From: Armatimonadota bacterium
Lineage (GTDB): Bacteria > Armatimonadota > UBA5829 > DSUL01
Direction of reading: 5' to 3'
Length of the DNA stretch: 64,000 nucleotides
Assembly (NCBI GenBank): GCA_040769165.1
Contig: JAXGLP010000001.1
Coordinates: 2,284,275-2,348,274, forward strand
Shown: positions 18,887 through 30,300 of the stretch, one piece after another
Position numbering within the stretch: the stretch's first letter is position 1
Layout of the letters: each line of letters opens with the position of its first letter
The notes under the pieces: model-generated
What the model was told of the DNA's origin: nothing
Seen by the model: the letters and a program-made list of their open reading frames with translations, nothing else
Database searches by the model: none
Program-made: the position numbers and the translations under genes

Positions 18887-19942
18887 GTGGCAGCGGAACT
18901 TCTCAACACGCTGTTTGTGATGACGCAGGGCGCGTATGTGCACCTGGATGGCGAGACGGTGAAAGTGGAGCTGAAGGGCGAAACGCTGAAGCAGACTCCG
19001 CTGCACCATCTGGAATCCATCGTCGTGTTCGGGCTGGTGAGTGTGAGCCCGTGGCTGATGCACAAGTGCGCCGAAGATGGCCGGGCCGTGAGCTTTATGG
19101 ACGTCAACGGCCGGTATCTGGCGCGGGTGGAGGGCGCGACAAGCGGCAATGTGCTGCTGCGGAAGGCGCAGTGGGAAGCCTCCGGCGCACCCGCGGCGGC
19201 CGCGGAGATAGCCCGGCGCATCGTTGCGGGCAAGCTTCAGAACTCGCGCTCGGTTGTGCTGCGCGCGCTGCGCGATCTGAACGATCCGGGCGCGAGCGAA
19301 GCACAGCAGGCGAGGAAAGCCGCGCTGGAGCAGGCGGCGCGGGAGCTGGCCGCGCGGATTCAGGCGCTTCCACAGGCGGGGTCCATGGACGCGATACGCG
19401 GCGAGGAGGGTCACGGCGCGCAGGCGTACTTCGAGGCGTTCGACGCCATGATAACGGCCCAACGCACGGACTTCCGCTTCGACAGCCGAAGCCGCAGGCC
19501 GCCGCGCGACCGGGTGAACGCCCTGCTTTCGTTTCTGTACGCGGTGCTTGCCAACGACTGCCGTGCGGCTCTGGAGGGGGTCGGGCTGGACCCGCAGGTG
19601 GGGTTTCTTCACGCCCTGCGGCCGGGCAGGCCGGCGCTGGCCCTGGACCTGATGGAGGAGTTCCGCGCGCCGGTTGCGGACAGGCTGGCGCTGACGCTGA
19701 TAAACCGGCGGCAGGTCGGGGCGGACGACTTCCGGGTGCGCCCCGGAGAGTCGGTTCTGCTGACCGAAGACGGGCGCAAGAAGGTGATCGTGGCCTATCA
19801 GACGCGGAAGCAGACAGAGGTCGCGCATCCTCTCCTGAAGACAAAGACGCCGCTGGGGCTGGTGCTCCACCTGCAGGCGCGGCTTTTGGCGCGCTGCCTG
19901 CGCGGTGATATCCCCGCCTATACGCCCTATATCCCGAGGTGA
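18887..19942 (+). CDS. cas1: Cas1 integrase (type I-C)
   Basis: VAAELLNTLFVMTQGAYVHLDGETVKV..., with catalytic-region motifs (NALLSFLYAVL, EEFRAPVADRLAL). GTG start at 18887 is preceded by a GAGGAGGA ribosome-binding site right after the cas4 stop. The ORF-track upstream extension (18779) is Gly/Arg-rich junk. Confidence 0.9.
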   Translation: MAAELLNTLFVMTQGAYVHLDGETVKVELKGETLKQTPLHHLESIVVFGLVSVSPWLMHKCAEDGRAVSFMDVNGRYLARVEGATSGNVLLRKAQWEASGAPAAAAEIARRIVAGKLQNSRSVVLRALRDLNDPGASEAQQARKAALEQAARELAARIQALPQAGSMDAIRGEEGHGAQAYFEAFDAMITAQRTDFRFDSRSRRPPRDRVNALLSFLYAVLANDCRAALEGVGLDPQVGFLHALRPGRPALALDLMEEFRAPVADRLALTLINRRQVGADDFRVRPGESVLLTEDGRKKVIVAYQTRKQTEVAHPLLKTKTPLGLVLHLQARLLARCLRGDIPAYTPYIPR

Positions 19943-19949
19943 GCAGCAG

Positions 19950-20246
19950 ATGCGTGACGACTATCTGATCTCCTATGACGTGAACACCGAAGACTCCGCG
20001 GGCAGGTCGCGGCTGCGCAAGGCCTCCAAAGCCTGCGTCAATTTCGGCCAGCGGGTGCAGTACTCCGTGTTCGAATGCAAGCTGAACGAGACAGAGATGG
20101 AAGAGCTGCGCCAGCGGCTGCTGAGGATTATCGACAGGGACAAGGATAGCCTCAGGTTCTACCGGCTTCCCGGCGGGCGCGAGCGCTGCGTGGAGACGTA
20201 CGGCATAGACAAGTACACCGACCCCGACGCGCCGCTCATCGTCTAG
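19950..20246 (+). CDS. cas2: Cas2
   Basis: MRDDYLISYDVNTEDSAGRSRLRKASKACVNFGQRVQYSVFECKL is a typical Cas2 fold. The ATG at 19950 lies 8 bp after the cas1 stop. Confidence 0.9.
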   Translation: MRDDYLISYDVNTEDSAGRSRLRKASKACVNFGQRVQYSVFECKLNETEMEELRQRLLRIIDRDKDSLRFYRLPGGRERCVETYGIDKYTDPDAPLIV

Positions 20247-20425
20247 CAGCGCGAACCCCAAGCGGGGACGCTGCAAGCGTGAGGTTCGCGCAGCCTGAGG
20301 CCCACTTCTGAGCGTGCGCAGCCTGCCCTGCTGCAAAAGCCGGCGGCAGGGCAGGAAACCGCATTGGTCGTCAGGAACACACGTTTTGAGCTTGAAGACG
20401 CCTGAATCGGGCGTTTTCAGGCGCC
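20247..20425 (+). promoter_or_regulatory. CRISPR leader (~180 bp) between cas2 and the first repeat
   Basis: Its position between cas2 and the array, together with a degenerate repeat at the distal end of the array, indicates this is the leader-proximal (acquisition) end. Confidence 0.6.
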
Positions 20426-23400
20426 GTTGCATCGGCCCTTCGGGGCCGGTGAGGATTGAAACAGGCGTTGAATGACAGTCTCGGCCCACGGCTCAATGTT
20501 GCATCGGCCCTTCGGGGCCGGTGAGGATTGAAACAGGTTGCCGCACTTGTCGAAGGTCAATGTCCGCATCGTTGCATCGGCCCTTCGGGGCCGGTGAGGA
20601 TTGAAACTTCTTTATCCAGTCGAACGCCGCGCCCAGGCGCGTTGCATCGGCCCTTCGGGGCCGGTGAGGATTGAAACAGGCGCAAGCGGCAGGAGTCGGA
20701 GCAGGTCTTGCGTTGCATCGGCCCTTCGGGGCCGGTGAGGATTGAAACTCGCACTGCCAGACAATCTCCATCCCGGCACGTTCGTTGCATCGGCCCTTCG
20801 GGGCCGGTGAGGATTGAAACAGATGGCGGGGCGACGGCGCTGGCACGAAAACGGAGTTGCATCGGCCCTTCGGGGCCGGTGAGGATTGAAACACACCACC
20901 TCCGGCGGGGCCGGGTGCGCGAAGGGTTGCATCGGCCCTTCGGGGCCGGTGAGGATTGAAACACCTGCACGGCCTCGGCCTGCATCGCGGCGTTCGTTGC
21001 ATCGGCCCTTCGGGGCCGGTGAGGATTGAAACAGCCAGAAGCTGACGGCCGAGCGCAAGGCGGCCCTGGGTTGCATCGGCCCTTCGGGGCCGGTGAGGAT
21101 TGAAACCTGGCTCGTGCACGAGCAGGACTGCGCGGCGCTGGGTTGCATCGGCCCTTCGGGGCCGGTGAGGATTGAAACTCCTGGAGCAGCGGCCAGTCGT
21201 GCTGGACGCAGTAGTTGCATCGGCCCTTCGGGGCCGGTGAGGATTGAAACGTGGCTGTCGCCCGTGCTGCTGGCGCGAGTGTTGCATCGGCCCTTCGGGG
21301 CCGGTGAGGATTGAAACAGGCGCAGGTCGTGGCCGCCGCCGAGGCTCAGGGCGTTGCATCGGCCCTTCGGGGCCGGTGAGGATTGAAACAGTCGGGGTCA
21401 GTCGGAGGTGTCGGGGCAGGATGTGGTTGCATCGGCCCTTCGGGGCCGGTGAGGATTGAAACCTGGCCGTCTCAACGCTCGGGTACGCGGACCTGTTCTG
21501 GTTGCATCGGCCCTTCGGGGCCGGTGAGGATTGAAACCATCAGTCCTTGCCTTTCAGTGTTGTGACAAAAGGTTGCATCGGCCCTTCGGGGCCGGTGAGG
21601 ATTGAAACCCGATTACGACAGACACCATACCATGGGGCGACATGGTTGCATCGGCCCTTCGGGGCCGGTGAGGATTGAAACGCCTCGAGGGCCGCGATCT
21701 TGTCCGTGAGCACCGTTGCATCGGCCCTTCGGGGCCGGTGAGGATTGAAACTGTCCGTGGGTGACGGCATCCGGGGCCTCGATTTCGTTGCATCGGCCCT
21801 TCGGGGCCGGTGAGGATTGAAACCGGGTGCGGAGGATGGCGGGCGCTGAGTTCAAGGGCGTTGCATCGGCCCTTCGGGGCCGGTGAGGATTGAAACGTTC
21901 CACCCGGCAGAAGGCGGTGCGAACCCGACGTTGCATCGGCCCTTCGGGGCCGGTGAGGATTGAAACAAGGCGGGCGACTACCCGCACAAAGGGTTCTCGC
22001 TGGTTGCATCGGCCCTTCGGGGCCGGTGAGGATTGAAACATCACGGAGGACGCCCGCCGCCATCTGCGCGGCGAGTTGCATCGGCCCTTCGGGGCCGGTG
22101 AGGATTGAAACCCGCTGCACAACGTGTCCGTGCGCGGCGAACTGGGTTGCATCGGCCCTTCGGGGCCGGTGAGGATTGAAACCTGTCAGCCTACGGAGGA
22201 TCCGCCAAGTCCATCATCGTTGCATCGGCCCTTCGGGGCCGGTGAGGATTGAAACGCGGGCCGTGGGTGCAGGAGTTCCTGCACGAGGCGTTGCATCGGC
22301 CCTTCGGGGCCGGTGAGGATTGAAACACGTTAGCCTCGGCAGGCACGACCAGCGTGCCCGTTGCATCGGCCCTTCGGGGCCGGTGAGGATTGAAACCTCA
22401 GCCGGGTAGAGCTGTCCCACCCACGACACGTAGTTGCATCGGCCCTTCGGGGCCGGTGAGGATTGAAACTTGACCACGCGGTAGCGCATGTACGCCAGTA
22501 TCTGTTGCATCGGCCCTTCGGGGCCGGTGAGGATTGAAACTAGCCGTGCCCGCGCCGGTCACCATCCAGAAGCGGTTGCATCGGCCCTTCGGGGCCGGTG
22601 AGGATTGAAACACCTGCACCGCGTTCGCAGTCGTGCCGGCCGTCCATGGTTGCATCGGCCCTTCGGGGCCGGTGAGGATTGAAACGGGTCAACGGGAAGC
22701 GGCATCAGGTCGTCTCCTCGGGTTGCATCGGCCCTTCGGGGCCGGTGAGGATTGAAACGCCGCGTCCTCAGCCGCCTTCGCTGCCTCCAGCGCGTTGCAT
22801 CGGCCCTTCGGGGCCGGTGAGGATTGAAACTCCTCGCAGTGGGCGCGGATCTTCCTGAAGGCGGCGTTGCATCGGCCCTTCGGGGCCGGTGAGGATTGAA
22901 ACACCGGTGAGTCTTCGCCGCGCTCCTGCGCGCGCGCGTTGCATCGGCCCTTCGGGGCCGGTGAGGATTGAAACCCGCAACACCCTGCGCTCGCTGGAAG
23001 GCCAGGTTGCATCGGCCCTTCGGGGCCGGTGAGGATTGAAACTGGTGCCGGGGCAACTGTACAAGAACGTCCAGTCGGTTGCATCGGCCCTTCGGGGCCG
23101 GTGAGGATTGAAACATCGAGCATTTCATCGCAACACCTCCGCCGCTTCGTTGCATCGGCCCTTCGGGGCCGGTGAGGATTGAAACGCTCTCCGTATGTCA
23201 TGTCTGTTCCTCGCTGCCGTTGCATCGGCCCTTCGGGGCCGGTGAGGATTGAAACAGTCAGACCAAGCGCATATACGAGAGGCAGCAGGAGTTGCATCGG
23301 CCCTTCGGGGCCGGTGAGGATTGAAACCTCGTGTGGATCCGCTGGTGGAAAAACCATCGGCGTGTTGCATCGGCCCTTCGGGGCCGGTGAGGATTGAAAC

Positions 23401-26400
23401 TTTCATAGCGTTTTGTATTTCTCCCGCAGCTCCTGTTGCATCGGCCCTTCGGGGCCGGTGAGGATTGAAACTTGCTGTACTCCAGATGGTTGTTGGCGAA
23501 CGAGGTTGCATCGGCCCTTCGGGGCCGGTGAGGATTGAAACACCTCCGCGCCGCTGGACGCGTCAGAATCGCCTGTTGCATCGGCCCTTCGGGGCCGGTG
23601 AGGATTGAAACCCGTGACCATCCGGCCCATCCGCGCAGTTGCTCCCGGTTGCATCGGCCCTTCGGGGCCGGTGAGGATTGAAACCTCGAAAAGGGCGCAG
23701 ATCACAAAACGTTCGGGTTGCATCGGCCCTTCGGGGCCGGTGAGGATTGAAACGGTAAACGTTTCTCCCGGCTGTTGCGGGTCGCGGGTTGCATCGGCCC
23801 TTCGGGGCCGGTGAGGATTGAAACGCGCGGTGGTGTGGCTGGCCGGTCGGCTCGCGTGGTTGCATCGGCCCTTCGGGGCCGGTGAGGATTGAAACAGCGA
23901 GCTTGAAGCCGAGCTCGATTCCGAGCAAGGTTGCATCGGCCCTTCGGGGCCGGTGAGGATTGAAACTTTGCCGGGGTGGAGGTCGCGGAATTGCCTGGTG
24001 GTTGCATCGGCCCTTCGGGGCCGGTGAGGATTGAAACTACCCGCCCGCTAACCCAGGCTGCGTCGCGCAGGTTGCATCGGCCCTTCGGGGCCGGTGAGGA
24101 TTGAAACGGGTTAGTTGCCCAGAGAAACAGCACGCAGTCAGCGTTGCATCGGCCCTTCGGGGCCGGTGAGGATTGAAACAGGTCCGGCCAGGTCGTTGCC
24201 GTGTCCGTCCAGCTGTTGCATCGGCCCTTCGGGGCCGGTGAGGATTGAAACTGTGCGGCCTGTCCGTGCCGGAGGATCTCGCGCTGTTGCATCGGCCCTT
24301 CGGGGCCGGTGAGGATTGAAACGTATCTGAGGACGGAGACCGCTACGTGGTGAGCGTGGTTGCATCGGCCCTTCGGGGCCGGTGAGGATTGAAACAACGT
24401 GGTAGTCGCGGACATCATCGCGCCGGACGGCACGGCAGTTGCATCGGCCCTTCGGGGCCGGTGAGGATTGAAACACGGCGGAGGATCCGTTCGGTGGCAA
24501 GTGAAGCCGGTTGCATCGGCCCTTCGGGGCCGGTGAGGATTGAAACACATCGCACCAGTGCGAAGCTCGCAGCCAGTTCAGTTGCATCGGCCCTTCGGGG
24601 CCGGTGAGGATTGAAACTCGAACACGGCGCCGGTCTTCTCAGTGCTGGCGGGGTTGCATCGGCCCTTCGGGGCCGGTGAGGATTGAAACCAGGGCGCCGC
24701 CGAGCCACTTCGTCGAGCCCAGCGGTTGCATCGGCCCTTCGGGGCCGGTGAGGATTGAAACCGCTCAACTGGCAGCCAGTCGCCGGGGTGCACTAGTTGC
24801 ATCGGCCCTTCGGGGCCGGTGAGGATTGAAACGTCCATGTGCCTATCGCGGGGGACATCGCGGCGGGTTGCATCGGCCCTTCGGGGCCGGTGAGGATTGA
24901 AACTTTCGAGGGGCTGACAAACACCACGGGCGCACTCCAGTTGCATCGGCCCTTCGGGGCCGGTGAGGATTGAAACAGCGTGCCCTCGCCCGTGACGGCC
25001 GTGCCGGTAAGTTGCATCGGCCCTTCGGGGCCGGTGAGGATTGAAACCTCATGATACCACGAAACGTGAGGCCGAATGGGGTTGCATCGGCCCTTCGGGG
25101 CCGGTGAGGATTGAAACCACACACCCCAGCGGCGGAGTCTTTTTCGTGCAGACGTTGCATCGGCCCTTCGGGGCCGGTGAGGATTGAAACGTCTCCTCGG
25201 GCGGCGCCTCAGTCACGGTGAACGTGGTTGCATCGGCCCTTCGGGGCCGGTGAGGATTGAAACGATGTATCCGATGCCGGATGTCCCGATCTCCGTAGCG
25301 TTGCATCGGCCCTTCGGGGCCGGTGAGGATTGAAACACCGGTTTGCCCGTAACCTTCCGCAGCCACCGCCCGTTGCATCGGCCCTTCGGGGCCGGTGAGG
25401 ATTGAAACCGAGCAGGCCGAGTCGAGGCGTATGCGGCAGTGTGTTGCATCGGCCCTTCGGGGCCGGTGAGGATTGAAACGGTACGTCGCAGGCGACCAGA
25501 GCGGCCCGCCCTTGGGTTGCATCGGCCCTTCGGGGCCGGTGAGGATTGAAACAGTAGCACATCACAAATCGGAGAAATGGCGGGCCGTTGCATCGGCCCT
25601 TCGGGGCCGGTGAGGATTGAAACCTCTGCTACTCCTGCCACGAGCCGAAAGACGACGTTGCATCGGCCCTTCGGGGCCGGTGAGGATTGAAACTGCGCGC
25701 AAGTAGTTGCCAATCCTCTGAACGTTGCATCGGCCCTTCGGGGCCGGTGAGGATTGAAACCTATACTACCTATAGTTGGCATGGATGGTCAAGGGGTTGC
25801 ATCGGCCCTTCGGGGCCGGTGAGGATTGAAACACGCAATGCCAGCGGTACGAGCTCAACTCGTCGTAGTTGCATCGGCCCTTCGGGGCCGGTGAGGATTG
25901 AAACCCCGGTCGCGGCGCCCTCCGCCGTCAAACACGCGTTGCATCGGCCCTTCGGGGCCGGTGAGGATTGAAACAGGCCCGGCACGTGCTGCACAAGCCG
26001 CCACTCGTGTTGCATCGGCCCTTCGGGGCCGGTGAGGATTGAAACGATTCGCCGCATGTTGCCGGTGATCGAGTCGTCGGTTGCATCGGCCCTTCGGGGC
26101 CGGTGAGGATTGAAACCACTGCTCGAATATAGGCTACAGGTTTCCCGATGGTTGCATCGGCCCTTCGGGGCCGGTGAGGATTGAAACCCCTTTGACCTTC
26201 CATGTTGCTGTTGCTATATGGGTTGCATCGGCCCTTCGGGGCCGGTGAGGATTGAAACATCATGGCGCTCGCCAAGGATGAGGTAGAGGCGGTCCGTTGC
26301 ATCGGCCCTTCGGGGCCGGTGAGGATTGAAACAATCTCACAAGAGTGAGGCCGGAGGCAACGACCCAAGTTGCATCGGCCCTTCGGGGCCGGTGAGGATT

Positions 26401-26780
26401 GAAACGGGAGCGCGTTTCTGCCGACAGTTGTCGGAACCGCCACGGTTGCATCGGCCCTTCGGGGCCGGTGAGGATTGAAACGCTGAGTGGCGATGGACAA
26501 CAGAGCGGAGTTGGAGTTGCATCGGCCCTTCGGGGCCGGTGAGGATTGAAACTCCAGCAGCCGTCGCTCCCAGGCGTCCAGATTCAGCCCCAGAAGAAGG
26601 TTGCATCGGCCCTTCGGGGCCGGTGAGGATTGAAACTGCCGGAGCGGTCGTTCAGTTTCAGCTTGCCCAAGGTTGCATCGGCCCTTCGGGGCCGGTGAGG
26701 ATTGAAACACTCGGTGGTGCCCGACATGATGGGCGCTATCAAGGTTGCATCGGCCCTTCGGGGCACCTGGCACCGGGGAA
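20426..26780 (+). CRISPR. CRISPR array of 88 intact repeats plus 1 degenerate terminal repeat, 88 spacers of 33-37 bp. Repeat: GTTGCATCGGCCCTTCGGGGCCGGTGAGGATTGAAAC (37 bp).
   Basis: Repeats counted by eye at ~72-bp periodicity from 20426 to 26744. The 3' GATTGAAAC is characteristic of type I-C. The repeat contains a perfect 6-bp stem (CGGCCC/GGGCCG) with a TTCG tetraloop. The last repeat diverges after ~20 nt. Confidence 0.97.
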
Positions 26781-26818
26781 TCACAGATTGCAGCTAGCAG
26801 AAAGCCTAGCTATTCGCC

Positions 26819-26875
26819 GATGTGCGGCCATCTTTGCTGGCCGCTCCGCGTACGGGGGAGCTGTGCTCCCCGCTC
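26819..26875. repeat. Right copy of the ~57-bp direct repeat flanking the CRISPR-Cas cassette
   Basis: GATGTGCGGCCATCTTTGCTGGCCGCTCCGCGTACGGGGGAGCTGTGCTCCCCGCTC, compared with 12061..12117. Confidence 0.8.
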
Positions 26876-27112
26876 ATCGTTACCCGTCGTTGCGAGGGCC
26901 GTCCGCGGCCCGCGGCAACCCCCATCGCGGCGCAGGGGATTGCTTCGGCGCAGACGCCTCGCAATGACGGCGCCAGTGCGCAGCAGAGCTCCGGCGGTCG
27001 CGCATGAAGGAGCCGACATACTGCAAGATCGGCTTGTGGGACCGAAGTGGATCAGGACCTGCATGAGGTCCTATCACGTCATCCTGAACTTGATTCAGGA
27101 CCCACCTGCGCC

Positions 27113-27260
27113 AACCGACTGGGCGCCGGATCAAGTCCGGCATGACGTGGCGGCGACCCACATCCGGGCCCCGTGGGCGCCGGATCAAGTCCGGCGTGAC
27201 GTGGCGGCGAACCACATCCGGGCCCCGTGGGCGCCGGATCAAGTCCGGCGTGACGTGTTA
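27113..27260. repeat. 54-bp tandem repeat, 2 full copies plus a partial copy, each containing the hairpin GCCGGA-TCAAG-TCCGGC
   Basis: GGGCGCCGGATCAAGTCCGGC(A/G)TGACGTGGCGGCGA(C/A)CCACATCCGGGCCCCGT is repeated head-to-tail. It lies between the array end and the 3' end of the large glycoside hydrolase gene. Confidence 0.85.
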
Positions 27261-27357
27261 GGTGTGCTTCGGCCCGTCGTTCCAGAGAACTCCGAACTGA
27301 TGCACACGGTGAAGGGCGCCTGCGGCGGGCTGCGGAGCACAGGGTTGGCGCCTAAGG

Positions 27358-30300
27358 CTAGTTCGCTCTGACATCCTCCGCCGAGCGAACGCGCAGGACG
27401 GGCAGCGCGCCGGAGTTCGCGCACGAGCTGATGCCGGTCACGGCGACGGGCGCGCCTTCCAGCGGAGCCATGGCGCCCGGCGGCAGCAGGACCTTCAGGC
27501 CTCTGTGCCCCGCGCCGTCTGATACCTCCGAGCCGTCGTCAACCGTGAACCACGCGCCGTCCGGGGAAGAGTAGCTGACGCGGCCGCCGAGCGTGACCAG
27601 CAGGCCCAGTGTCGTCACGCCGCCATGCGCCGTGGCGCGGGCGTTTAATGAGAGAGGCAACGGCAGCCCGGGCTCACCGGTCTGTGTGATGGTGGCCTGG
27701 TCAATCGCCGGCTCTCCGTCGAGAGCGCCAACCCTGCCGGCGACCGTGACGGACGCGCCGGAGGGCGGCAGAGGCCCGGAGGCCGGAATCAGCAGCACTC
27801 CCGCCGCGCGGTCGGCCTGCTCGGCGTAGATGCGGCCGTCGAAAACGCCGTCCCCGGCGGTCACGACAAGCGCGGCAATGCGGATGAACTCGCCCGGCGC
27901 GGCAGATCGGGCCTCCGCGATGCTCGAGACCTCGCGCGGGACGATCACGTCCGCGCCCTCGTCCGCGCGGTCGTCCGCGAGCCAATCGCCTTCTTCCTTG
28001 AGATACACATCGTCCCACCAGGCGGTCGTGGAAGCCCCCGCTTCGCCGATGTACGACCCGACGGATACGCGCAGGCGATTGGTGGCATACAGCCCCGGGG
28101 TCTCGGCCGGGTCGCCGGTGAGGTAAATCATCGAGTCGTTGGCCCAGACGCTGCGCCGCGGCACGGCCGCGAAGTGACGCCCGTTGTAGAAATGGCTGCT
28201 GCCGTCGTAGTAGAACTCCTCGATGTAGAGGTTCAGGGCCACACGGCCGGAGGTAATGTCTTTGTGATACGCCCCGACGATGTAGTTCGTATCGGGCTTC
28301 GCCGGGACCGCGCCCGCCCCCCACGCGCTGTAGTTGCCGGCCCAGTTGAACCTGTCTCCGCCGGGGTCGGAGGCGACGTTCTTGAGCGAGCGCGGCGCGG
28401 AGACGTATTCAGCGCTGTCGGCTATCCAGTTGCAGACGGACGATGACCCCCACATCCCCCAGTGGTAGAACGGATCGGCAAAGTCGAAGCCGCCATTGGC
28501 GAGAAGATTCGGCCGGTCCTCCTGCCCGAAGGCGTAGGCGTTGACGCTGAACTGGCGGCCGGCGGCGGACGGCTCGGGCGACAGGGCGAAGCTGAACGGC
28601 AGAGCTGAAAGCGGCGGAATCACCTTCGGGTTCGCGGGGGACGGGGATACGCCGAAATCGCCGGTTGCATCGGCACCGCCCGACTCGATGAAGCAGCCGA
28701 CCTCGGAGACCATCACCGGGTAGGGTTTCTCGTTGCGGACGGTTACGGTGACAGCCGTCTGCGTCCCGGCAAGCGCGAGCGGAGCCGCCGCGGAGACATC
28801 CGTAACTGTGAGGCCGGGTTTCACGATACCCATGTGGTAGCTGACGAGCGTCAGCTTCCCGGCGGCGACGGTCTGGTTGGTAATGCGGGACGGGACATAG
28901 CCGGTCTTGCGGCAGACGAAGTCGTAGGTGCCGCACGGCACGTTCGCCAGCTCGTAGAAGCCGTGCCCGTCGGAGACGGTCTGGCATCCGCCCGTTGTGG
29001 AACGGACGAGGCAGTTCGGCACGGGCTGCTGCTCTTCGTCGAGCGTGTATCCGCGCACGGTCCCCGTTTCGTCCTGTCCGGCGAGAGAGATGGTCACGTC
29101 ATCGAACCATGCCGTGCCCGCGCCCGTGAGTATGCAGCCCGTTTCGGCGCGGCTGGCAAAGGACGGCGCGGACGCCGTCACCTCGACCTGCCGCCATCCG
29201 CTCGCGCCGGGCACATCCTGCGCGAAGACGGGGGCGGACTTCTGGGTCCCGTCGAGGCTCGCGAACAGCAGATAGAACCGGGCGGCAAGCGACGGCGAAT
29301 CGCCGGTCTTCACCCACACCCTGGCCGTGTACGGAAGCCCGGGAAGCACGGTGCGTTTGGCGGTCATCTGGCTGACATACGCCGACCCGGCGGACGCGCG
29401 TGAGAGCTTCAGCGAGCGGCTGCCGCCGTGACAGACGCTGTCGTCGAGGGAGTAGTCCGATGCAGGCGCCGGGTCCACGGGCGTCTTCCAGAAATGCGGC
29501 TGATGCGCGCGCGGAGGGCTGGAAGCAAGCTCGAATCCCGGGTTCATGAAGACCAGGCCGTTGCCGGGGAACACGTGCAGCAGGCAATCTTTCGAGTTAC
29601 CGTACCAGTCGAGCATGCCGCCGTTCCAGAACTGCGGGGCGATGTCGGGCGTCATATGGTATCCATCCACCATGAAGCCGGTGATGTTGCCCGAGGAGTC
29701 TTTCACCGGGACGGCGCGGGAGCGCCACTTGCGGGCGCCCCAGTTGTCGTTTCCGCAGAAGAAGCTCATCCCGTCGAGATACGCCGGATCCCAGTGCTGG
29801 CGGGGGGTCATCACGTTGTCCCACCCGTTCACCATGGCCAGGTACATGTTCTCGACTTCCTCGGCGGGCGGTGGAATGGTAGGGCTGCTGCGGTCGAAGC
29901 CGGCCGAGCGTCCGGACCCCCACCCCTCGCTGACGTATATCTTCTTTGCGGCGTCTCCATACTGCTCCTGGATGGCGTGGATCTGCGCCAGGTCAGCGAC
30001 TTCGAGCCCGTCGCGCAGATCGTACGGATAGGGATGGTAGCCGAGCACGTCCGAGCAGTTCTTGAGCCCGCGCGCGTAGAGCTCAGCGAAGCCGCCCGCT
30101 GAATGCCCCGCGAGGTTTCCGGCGATGACGCGGTTGGTGCGGCCCGTGACGGCATCCGCCCGGTGAACCGCGACGTAGAAATGCTGCAGGCAGTGGATGT
30201 ACCAGTCCGCCCAGTTCCATCCGGACGGCGCGCGCGAGATGTTCGGCTCGTTTTCGAACGTGTAATCCACATCGCCCCACACCTGATTGATGTGGATGGT

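Noticed and set aside
18866-20489. Minus-strand ORFs 18866..19870 (334 aa) and 19104..20489 (461 aa)
   Set aside because: Antisense to cas1 and cas2. Pro/Arg-rich.
20426-26780. Dozens of ORF-track entries on both strands inside the CRISPR array (20493..21359, 21554..22120, 23702..24550, 25928..26773 and others), containing recurring peptides VSILTGPEGPMQ, FNPHRPRRADAT, FQSSPAPKGRCN and CIGPSGPVRIET
   Set aside because: These are translations of the 37-bp repeat in different frames. The periodic identical peptides are the signature of a repeat array, not of genes.
26745-27371. 208-aa plus-strand ORF after the array
   Set aside because: It starts inside the terminal degenerate repeat and runs through the 57-bp direct repeat and the 54-bp tandem repeats. 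The translation is repeat-derived.
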